Assembly: GCA_951406725.2 (NCBI GenBank)
Contig: OX597814.1
Span: 97,154,001-97,218,000, forward strand
DNA: 64,000 nt
Source: Octopus vulgaris
Lineage: Eukaryota
Direction of reading: 5' to 3'
The position numbers were made by a program, and so were the translations under genes. Below are positions 53,970 to 64,000 of this stretch, in pieces (the stretch's first letter is position 1; the number at the start of each line of letters is the position of its first letter). Below the pieces are notes generated by a model, which saw only the letters and a program-made list of their open reading frames with translations, was not told the DNA's origin and made no database searches.

Positions 53970-54500
53970 CGTAATAATTATATTTCCACCATTTTAATAG
54001 GTATACACTTGTATTAATTCCATGAAATAACAGAAACAAATGTCAACCAGCTGAATTGAACGTGTAAAATGTATAAAGTAACATAAGCAGTATTTTTTCA
54101 CTCGTTATATAAACTGATGTGTTTGTAATACTTTGAATGTGTTGGTTATTATATGAGAACTTATACAAAATTGATTGAATGTGCTGCATAAAATGAGTTT
54201 GTATTAAGGAGGTAAAGATAATGATTTGTAAAATCACAGCAGCGTTGTGGTCAGAGTGTGTCCAGGGTCGAAATTATAATATGTAGAGAGTGCATTGGAA
54301 ATACAATTACAGAAGTATATCTATATAGGCTAAGAGATGAAGAATACACAAATATAGTGAACTACTTTAAAAAAAAAAAAAGGATTCTATAATGAGATTT
54401 TGAATAGATAAGTAAACATTAAGACCAGTGGAAGCAACAATAGCTCCCGACAGGCAAGAAACATGATAGCGTTGAAGGTAGCCACGACATGTCAGGATAT
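53970..54500 (-). other. Candidate first non-coding exon of the dopey gene (5' boundary uncertain)
   Basis: Consensus donor ACG|GTAAGT at 53970/53969, in unique CpG-retaining sequence just outside the CpG-depleted domain. Confidence 0.45.
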
Positions 54501-54800
54501 TTGGTTTTGTTGATTACATGTGATGTCACTACGCTCTCTCTCTCTCTCTCTCACACTCTTTCACACACCCTCTCGTATTGTCTCATTTTTCCCTCTTTGG
54601 TATTATCATCCTCTCTTTACTGCCCCGCTCTCTGCTTTTGTCTTTCTTCTTTTCCCTCCCTTTTTTTCTCACCCATTCTTCCTCTCTGTAGAGTTGGACG
54701 GATATCCGGTAATGGTATCAACGATGGGCGGTGCAAAAGGAAACGGAATTCAAACCAAAACACCACTATCATTTCAAACCTCGATTTTCTTAAATTTTTG
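54450..54800 (-). promoter_or_regulatory. Putative promoter region of the dopey gene
   Basis: Repeat-free and CpG-retaining, with a CT-rich tract, GGGCGG at ~54726 and CRE-like TGATGTCA at ~54521. Lies upstream of the 53970 donor. Inferred only. Confidence 0.3.
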
Positions 54801-56589
54801 TATACTTTCATTTTAATCTATTTGTTAGTCTAACATTATGTATGTGTGTGTATATATATATAGACTACATTTTCTCTTGTTACGAATTTTAAAAACTTCC
54901 TCATGTATATTTAATATGGGGTTTTCTTGAGTAATTATAGTATTTTACCTGATTAAATTATACGCTTAAAAAATCTTATATCTTCCTTTTATGTAGAATT
55001 CTCGGTTAACACCCTCAGAATCTTTGCAAATAACGATAGGAATAAAGGTGGGTTTACAACCGAGCTCTTGCCTTTCAGTTTTTTATTATTGACTTGGGAG
55101 TGAAATGAGATGAATTTGTTATATATATATCATTCTGCCAGTCTCGCATCACTAAAGCAGTTATGATAAATTTCTTTCATGATTTCTGTGTTTTGGGGGC
55201 TTTTTTTTTTCTACACTTTCAAATGGCAAGTAGGTAAATAAACTAGTTTCGCACTTGCTTATCAATGGGAAGAAACGTGTAACTTACAATGGCTATTTTA
55301 TCCGTTACTCTTATAAATAAGGACTCGCAACCCTCAATATAAGCCTCTACACGCAGCACGTTTCACTTGGTTTAAAAAAACGTGTCCACCGTTCTGTCCT
55401 CACATCAACCAATATACTGGGAGCTGAGAAGTTCTGCTATGTCGTTTAACCAGATCCTTCATTTGGCAATCTGCAGGCCCCACTTAGGGAAAGGAAGTAT
55501 TCAATAGTTTAGACCTAGGTTAGTGACGATTGTGCACAAACGACTAAAGTCATTAAATCCGTATACACCCATTTTATTTATTTATTAAAACGATGACGTG
55601 TTTGTGGAGGATGTGGTTGTTGTTTTGGGTCGAGCAATTATTTAGGGGTTCCCCCCATCTCAACCCAATGCTTCTAGTTTGTTACTTTGTATTACTTGCA
55701 TTAATATTTTGAATTTTTCAAGCTGGTTTAATCGTGCCATATTATGTATATTTATTTTTAAAAAGGTTCATACACAACTAAGCCTTGTAGTCATCGATTA
55801 TATATATACATCAGGTGCTAACCGATTATGAAAATAGAACTTAATTTACAGGAATAAGTAATAGCAGCTATTACAACCTTTTCAACTAAAACACGAGACA
55901 ACGAGAGATGTGGTCCACCGATCTGTTGAAAATAGCTGCCAAATCTCTCTCAAATCACACCCTACCAGCTATAAAATGTAAAGGACGGAGGCTGATAATG
56001 TAGCCTTGGTTACCCACTAAACAGACTTGATGATTATGGCTGGATGCTAAATTAGTTGCCTATAAAGATGCTCCAGAATGAAGGAATATGGATAACAGTG
56101 AAATTAAGGCTTTTATTCATTCGATTCAAGACTGGCAAAACTAGCACTATTGATATTCAGGCTGAATCTGCTGTCGAATAGTTGATATTTTTCGGGAGAA
56201 CGTGGTTAGGAAAAAAATTCCATATGATTATAGTTCTGGAGATGAAGCTCTCATGGAAGTGTTAAGAACAGAGTACAACATTCGGGGAATGAAACAGTAA
56301 AGGCATTTAAAGAAGGCTAAGTTAACCCAGGACAGTTCACATCAAGCAAACAGATCTATAGCATGCAGGTGATCTGTCATTCCAGATATCCTTTCTACTA
56401 ATAGGCACAAGGCCTGAAATTTTGGAGGAGGGTATAGCCGATTACATCAACCACAGTGCTCAATTTGTACTTAATTTATCGACTTCGAAAGGATCAAAGG
56501 CAACGTTGGCTTCGACGCAAATTGAACATAGAAATTAAAGACAGACGAAATGCCACTAAGCATTTTGTCCTACGTGTTAACGCTTCTTG

Positions 56590-56818
56590 TTTCTTTATTG
56601 CCCACAAGGGGCTAAACATAGAGGGGACAAACAAGGGCAGACAAAGGGACTAAGTCGATTATATCAACCCCAATGCGTAACTGGTACTTAATTTATCGAC
56701 CCCGAAAGGATGACAGGCAAAGTCGACCTCGGCGGAATTTGAACTCAGAACGTAACGGCAGACGAAATACTGCTATGCATTTCGCCCGGCGCGCTAACGC
56801 TTCTGCCAGCTCGCTGCC
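56590..56818 (-). mobile_element. tRNA-derived SINE family C, young CpG-rich copy
   Basis: Head GGCAGCGAGCTGGCAGAAGCGTTAGC...GAGTTCAAATTCCGCCGAGG. Other copies at ~2940-3145, 16190-16390, 24075-24225, 44740-44935, 56400-56585 and 59450-59900. Confidence 0.85.
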
Positions 56819-57989
56819 TTCCGTTGTTCCCGTTATATACCATGCCTCCCATTACTTGAGGATCACACTGCACACCCCGATTTGCAACAATAACTTGTAT
56901 GGGGGACAATGTGACGGTCTGAACGTGTAGTATTCTTTTCATATTTCAGTCTGTTTGCATGTCTATAGATCCTTATGTGGCCACAGTAGAAGTAGAATAG
57001 GCTCAGTAAGAGCATGACAGTTGCTATTTCCTTTCCACTTCTCAGTACAGTGCTTGAGGTTAATAAAGCTATTTAAGACAAGGGTTGAACCCGATACTCG
57101 AGTATTAAATGATCTTGCTCCATTACAACAGCGAATTAATCTCGGGTAGGATAAGCCTACTAATTAGTGTTTTAGTTATGGTTAAGTTAGAGTTCTTTCT
57201 AATGATACAATTTGCATATTGCTTCCCACTCTTTTTGTGTTAGTCTGGTTCTGTTCTCTCACTTTCCTTTCACACTAGTTTCCACAAGCTGTCGTGTTAG
57301 TAGAGATCTAAACACAGATATACACACATGGCCGGTTTTAAAGTACGTATTAAAACAAATTATTTTAAAGTTGTGATGTGTATCATTATCACCCCGAAAG
57401 ATAATGAACAAAACTAAACAAGGCATGTAACTCATGATCCAGTTTATCTGTATTTCAACAGAAACTGTGAGAGGGGCTCTTCAGAAAATGCTTTATTATA
57501 TCTTACTAAGCTATTTCCTTTATACAAATAAAATTCCTACCAAGATTGTATCAACAAAACATATCAAAACAACTTACATTGCAAGTTTTATTAATTTACT
57601 CGTTTTCTTTCTATGGTGAGATTTTGCAAAAAACCTAAAACTGGAGCCAGTCCCTTGCTCTGCCATGCACCGTTCATTATATGCTACAGATGAGTTTATC
57701 CATGTTTTGGCTAATAAATAACTCGTAGAGTATGACTATATGGTTAAGAAGTTTGCTTCGCTAGCATGTGGTCGTGGATTTACTCCCACTGCACACACTT
57801 TGGGAAATGTTTTCTGCTATAGCCCCCAGCCGACCAAATCCTTGTGAGTGGATTTGGTTGGCAAAGTTTTCTGGCACAAATGAATTAGGCCCTAAGATTC
57901 AACATGAAAAATTCCAACAATAAATAAAATTTGAAAATTTTCACTTAATTTTAAAATTTCAAAAAGTGCAACCAAACAGAAAAGATCTT

Positions 57990-58023
<34 letters not shown>

Positions 58024-58670
58024 CATACATACATGCATGCATGTGTTTCTGTCTCCTTGCTATGATTTCATGTGACAGTTGTCCGTTTTCAATCTTTCGT
58101 GAAAACATGTCTGGTCATGGGGAATATTACCTTACTTGGGAACAAGTGAGAGTTGGTGACTGGAAGAGCATCCAACTGTAGATAATCGGCAAATTTTCCT
58201 CAACAAATTCCGTCCGACACAAAGCGATCACGACGACGACGACGATGCGTGTATACATACATATATGCGCGCGCGTACGTTTGTGTTTGTCTTCCACCTC
58301 CACCTCATTTGACAACAGGTGTTGGTGTTTATATCCGACAAAGGAGACCGATAAAGTACATTCCAGGCATGAAAGGAAAATAAGTACTGGAGTGGATTTG
58401 TTCGACTAAACTCTTTAAGGCAGTACCCCAGCATGGTCGCAGTTTAAAGACTGAAGCAAGTGAAAGAAAAGAACTGCCTGAAGCTTATCACACATCTATC
58501 TCACTTATACTCAATACTAAAATGTCTCAGGGGCAGAGATATTTCACAAGATGAAAGAAAAATATTCTGTGTAAAAGCTGACTGAAAACTTTGAAATAAA
58601 GTAATGACAGTTTAAAAGAAAAAAGAACGAAAGATAGATAATCTAAAATTGCTTAATATTTTATCAGACA

Positions 58671-59407
58671 CTAGCAGCATAGCCCGGCGTTGCCCGGGTA
58701 TGTAAGAAACTTTGTCGATAAGCAATGCCCTTTACCTTTTTTGTACTCATTGAACCGTTATTTTGTAAAATGAAGCCTAAAAGGCATTAAGGCATTCAAA
58801 GCACCGTTCCCTTGCATGCATGAAGAAAATCTATGACATTCAAAGTGCATTTTCTGATTTTGTTTAGCACACTCAACCCAGTTCTGCGGTTTTTTTCCAG
58901 TAATAACGTATCCTATTGGAATCATAAGGGCCATATAGCTCCTTGGAGCAGACATGATGCTCGCTGTGAATTTCAAAAAAAATTCCTGCCAATTTGTTAA
59001 AGATATTGTCGAAAATATGTCATCTTGAATTTGAACGCGATTTCCCAAAATGACATGATTTTATCAATTTTTTCTGATGGTAAGGTATTGCATGGAAAAC
59101 TAACGCAAGAATTAAGTTCCTTAGGGTAACATTAAGCTTCACCATGAGTTTGGTGAAAATCGAATGCATGTTGCGAAAACTACAACGGAAAATGTGTTGC
59201 ATATGATAAGCTTAGATTCTAGACCCCATGTCGAATTTATCGATTTTTTTCAGAACTGGGGGAACTTTTCAAAATTTTCGCTGCGTTAGTTTTGAATTAT
59301 GACATTGGGCTATGCGTGTGTCAAGTTTCATCAGAATCGGTTGAAAGCCGTGGTCAGGGTGAGGGTACAACCTGACAGACAACTTGCCTTTTATATATAT
59401 ATAGAGA
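58671..59407 (-). mobile_element. Complete non-autonomous Helitron (~737 bp)
   Basis: Minus strand reads A|TCTCTATATATATATAAAAGGCAAG...cccgggcaacgccggg-ctatgctg-CTAG|T. Has the 5' TC, 3' hairpin plus CTAG, and insertion between A and T with no TSD. Confidence 0.9.
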
Positions 59408-60008
59408 TTTATTTCTTGTCATTTGAAAAGAAATAATAATAATTATAATGGTTTCAAATTTTGCCACAAGGGGAGCAGTTTTGTGGGGGAGGGATGAGTC
59501 AATTACATCGACCCCAGTGTTCAATTAATTACCCTTTCTACTACTGGCGCAAATGCTGAAATTTTTAGGAAGGGGGCTTGTCGATTCTACTAGCTCGCCG
59601 CCTTAATAATAATAATTTTTTCCTACTATAAGCACAATGCCTGAAATTTTAGGGGAGGGAACTAGTCGATTACATCGACCCCAGGGCTCAACTGAGACTT
59701 ATTTTATAGACCTCGAAATCATAAAAGGCAAAGTTGACCTCGACGGAATTTGAACTTAGAACGTCAAGGCAGATGAAATGCCGCCAAGCATTTTGCCTAG
59801 TACTTTGTTCTTCGATTTCGAAAGAATGAAATGCGAAGTTGACCACAGCAGGAGTTGGACTCTGAACGTAAAGAGCTGAAAGAAATGGCGCTTAGCTTTT
59901 TATCTGACAAGTTTGGACCTGTTTCGTGTACAACTGAGATGTATAATGTGAATGAGTGATGCATACTATATGTTAAAGTTATATATGAATAGTTCGGGCC
60001 GCTCGATG

Positions 60009-60486
60009 CTATCTATCTATCTATATATCCGTCCGTCCGTCCGTCCGTCCGTCCGTCCGTCCGTCCGTCCGTCCGTCCGTCCGTCCGTCCGTCCGTCCGT
60101 CCGTCCGTCCGTCCGTCCGTCCGTCCGTCCGTCCGTCCGTCCGTCCGTCCGTCCGTCCGTCCGTCCGTCCGTCCGTCCGTCCGTCCGTCCGTCCGTCCGT
60201 CCGTCCGTCCGTCCGTCCGTCCGTCCGTCCGTCCGTCCGTCCGTCCGTCCGTCCGTCCGTCCGTCCGTCCGTCCGTCCGTCCGTCCGTCCGTCCGTCCGT
60301 CCGTCCGTCCGTCCGTCCGTCCGTCCGTCCGTCCGTCCGTCCGTCCGTCCGTCCGTCCGTCCGTCCGTCCGTCCGTCCGTCCGTCCGTCCGTCCGTCCGT
60401 CCGTCCGTCCGTCCGTCCGTCCGTCCGTCCGTCCGTCCGTCCGTCCGTCCGTCCGTCCGTCCATCCGTCCATCCATCCATCCATCC

Positions 60487-60560
<74 letters not shown>
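60009..60560. repeat. Compound tetranucleotide array (CTAT)n-(CCGT)~108-(CCAT)n-(CTAT)n
   Basis: Pure CCGT from 60029 to 60460. Confidence 0.98.
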
Positions 60561-60561
<1 letters not shown>

Positions 60562-62089
60562 ACTACCCACAATTTGGGAACCGGTGTTGGATTGCTTACG
60601 TACCCATAGCCTAGTGATTTGGCAAAAAGAAATGATAAAATAAGTACCAAACTTTAAAAATAAAAAGCACCAGTGCGATTTGATCAAGTAAATCCTTAAA
60701 TGTCGAGCCCCAGCATAGCCCCAGCATAGCCGCAGCCAGAGACTGAAACAAAGAATAAAAAGAAAATAATAATATATCTAAATGTGACCTGAATAAGCAT
60801 GAATATAACCTCTTTTGAAAGAATCAATACTGGAAATTCCTACACTACAGATAAAATCCAATCCATAGCTAATCGAGTAAACATACTAGATAGACTAATA
60901 ATGATCCTGAACCAAAGTTAATTTATATTTGAACGTATCTTTCATGCTCTGTTTATCTATTTTTCAAACTAACCGATTTATTTTAATCCTTGAACGTAAT
61001 TATAAGTGTAGAATTCATTTTTACAGGTAAAAACATTTAAACTCTCATCAAATTTCATTTAACATTATGTAGTTTTTTTGTGAACCTTAGCTGGTTGATG
61101 AAGAAAACGTTGATATTACCCCTCACACACCTAAACCAACTTTACATCTTGCATAATAAGATTTTTTTAAAGCAAATACAGTTTAGAATTTATGAAAATT
61201 GCATATAATGTGTCAGCGGAAGTTAATATTACCGTCTTTCATTTTGTGACGGACTTGGCGCACAGTCACCCCCTCCCCCGAAACTGATCTTTCTGATTTT
61301 CCGTAAATGTTTTTCTTGTGCACCCCCACCTAACACCTGCACATAAACGCACGCAGATACACATGGATGAAGTCCCATTTTGGAAGTATGTTACTTGTTT
61401 CAGTTATTTGACTGCGGGCATGCTGGAGTACCGCCTTTAGTCGAACAAGTCGACACTAGTACTTATTTTATCGTTGACATTTGTCGAGCCGCTAAGTTAT
61501 GGAGACGTAAACACACCAACATTGGTTGTCTAGCGATGGGACCGGGGGGGGGGGGACAAACACACATATATAAGCCTTGTAAGTGGATTTGGTAGACGGA
61601 AATTGAAAGAAGACCGTTGTATATATATATATATATACGACGGTCTTTGGTCGGCCCGAGGCTATAGTGGAAGTCACTTACCCAAGGTGCGATACAGTCG
61701 ACACTAGTACTTATTCTATCGTTCACGTTTGTCGAGCCTTTAAGTTATGGAGACGTAAACACACCAACATAGGTGCCGAGCAAGTGACTAAACTTGTAGA
61801 TTTAGTTTGGATTAATCCAATGAATTGACAGCAAGGTAATTGCTTCTATCAGTATCGATTACCTTTAAAGCGAAAAAACTAAACCGACATATAAGACAGT
61901 TATGTAATATATATTTGTGTGTACCTCTTTCTCCGTTTGCGCACACACAAACACAAAAATTCTCCAGACATTTAGCTGTTATTTTTAGCATTACGAATTT
62001 CCTGGTGAGGTCTTTACATGCCGTGATCCTTTTGCTGTTTCAGTATAAATTTATGCGCGCGGAAACGGCCGTTCATTTTCGCTTTATAC

Positions 62090-62805
62090 AACGGGATGGG
62101 GTTGCATGAGTGTTTTGGAGTTTTTCATCAGAAATTTAAAAACTAAAATTTGCTCTCCCCCCCACCATATTCTTAATCTCCATATTTTTCGACGTAGATT
62201 CTAAAAAAGAATATCAAATAAGAGTTGAAAATTAAAAATTTGATGGGGAGTGGGAAATAAACATTTTGAAAACGTGTTTTTTTTTTTGCATATTCGGAAT
62301 CTCCGCCATCGTAAACATAGAAATCCATCGAAAAAAAAAAAAAAAACCGGAAAGGTCGGTGACTGTCCGCCCCCTAATCTTCCTTTCTTGAAAAGAGGAA
62401 GGAGATAGAATAGGACTTGTAGAAATTTTATAATCCCGTTAGAGTTATCTCCCCTATAGTTTAATTATACAAACAGTATTCCTTCCTCGTCGGTTAAGTT
62501 ACATTCAGGCAAAATATTTATCATTTCTTTAATATCTACATTTGTGACAAGGGATGGGTTGCAAGAGTGTTGTAGGTCAGTTTGGGAGTTTTTCATAAGA
62601 AATTTAAAAATCACTTTCTTGCTACAAGGTCCAGGGTTTCATCTCACTCTCACGGCACTTTGGGAATTTTCTTCTACAATAGCTTCAGGTCAACCAAAGT
62701 ATATGAATGAAATTGGATTATCAAATAAGAGTTGAAAATTAAAAATTTGATGGGGAGTGGGAAATAAACATTTTGAAAACGTGTTTTTTTTTTTGCATAT
62801 TCCGA
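62090..62805. repeat. Local direct duplication
   Basis: ~85-bp near-identical blocks tatcaaataagagttgaaaattaaaaatttgatggggagtggg...gcatattc at ~62212 and ~62719. A second shared block lies at ~62091 and ~62547. Confidence 0.8.
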
Positions 62806-63739
62806 TTTGAAGTAACTCTCTCTTTTCATCTCACCTAATCGCAAAATCCCTTAAGAAGATTATTGGACGCTACACTTATACTCTAACCAAGCTAGAACAA
62901 GGAGAGAGAGAAAGAGAGAGAGAGAGAGACTACATCTGAATCAGTAATAGAATATTTCAATATTCCTTCGATAAACTTCCAAATTTACTCTTCTCATACA
63001 ACACTTTGCTGATAATTTATCCTGCCAGCATTATCAGAACTTGTTTTCCACCCTAAAAAGTAAGGAGTACTAATTTTAGAAGAAAATTAATATAACATAT
63101 ATATTAATAATAAAATCACATATTTTTCATACAGCGATGAGCAAGAAAAAAAAAATGATCTAAGCAGTACAAGAAACTAAAGCATACAAAAATACGAATG
63201 TAAGTAAAAGAAAAAAAAAAGCCACAGGTAAAAAATCACAAGAGTTTTGTCTGAGTACCATAAATTGTGTCTTTTTATTCTTGTCAAAATTGTGACTTTA
63301 TTACTGTGACTTTTTCCTGTGACTTTATTACCGGTCACCAAAAATAAAATTAGAATACCGATCAAACCACTTGTAATAAAGTTGTTGAAATACAGACAAT
63401 TCCTTGTTATTCAGTTACATAATTAAATGAGAATGATCTCCATAAGTATGAATGCTCATCAGTGAATAAATACAAGATAGAATTTTAATCGGTAGTGAGG
63501 GAAGTGGTCGGATTCATACAGTAGTAACTTGGTCAAACAGCATTTTTATCGTCATCCGTGTGAGTTGTTTTACTCTTGAACAGTGTTTGTGTCATAACGC
63601 TTCCAAAATGATAGTTATAATTTCATTACAATGTCAAAACAAAAGGTATATTAAATGTATAAAAGAAAGGGATGGTAATGATAATCAATATTTGTCTTAA
63701 TTTAACTTTATTAATGATTCGAAGTTGTATATTGATCAG

Positions 63740-64000
63740 TTATGTTATATTTTACATGCTAAATGTTGAGGAAGGAGCAATTTCCATGGCCTTCGCAGGA
63801 TCTTGGCCGATGATATTAGTGTCAATCAATATTCTTCTTGGTCAAAACTTGCAGTAAAAAAACGAGCAGGGAGAGAATTCCAGAGTTGATAGTCTAGGGA
63901 GGAATGAAGGACTGGACATAATGCTTAGTGAGATATCGAAGGGTGAACCAGTGGGTGGCCTAGTGAGAATGATAAGAGGAGGAGAGATCAGTGAGCTAGG
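63740..64000 (-). mobile_element. LINE (CR1/L2-group) 3' end, running off the window
   Basis: Minus strand TKHYVQSFIP...LWNSLPA is typical of an ORF2 C-terminus. Confidence 0.55.

Noticed and set aside
59952-60614. 220-aa RPSV and 155-aa DGRT ORFs, and IYLS ORFs at 53.4 kb
   Set aside because: Tetranucleotide microsatellite artefacts.

Overview
AT-rich, repeat-dense animal genomic DNA. The SINE families and overall architecture look like an Octopus (coleoid cephalopod) genome; this is recognition, not a database result. The only host coding sequence I can support is the first coding exon of a dopey/DOP1 homologue on the minus strand (11326-11472, [49 protein letters not shown]), which the ORF track misses. 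A strong minus-strand donor at ~53970 and a shift from CpG-poor to CpG-rich DNA near 52.3 kb suggest the promoter and first non-coding exon lie at ~54-55 kb, so most of the window would be intron. That intron contains several tRNA-derived and RTE-tail-like SINE families, decayed DD37D (maT) and DD34D mariners, a Tc1 fragment, mariner/piggyBac/hAT MITEs, Helitrons, Gypsy and LINE remnants, and microsatellites. The most unusual signal is a set of small non-coding elements carrying minimal type I hammerhead-ribozyme (HHR) motifs of the Penelope/retrozyme kind: 7 clear motifs plus 1 degenerate one, in 5 unrelated families. One is a 417-bp fold-back element (39097-39513) with a tRNA-like Pol III head between two inverted HHR arms, a one-sided tail and a 15-bp target-site duplication. 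It looks like a Pol III-driven, Penelope-mobilised ribozyme SINE. Most ORFs in the supplied track are microsatellite or repeat artefacts.
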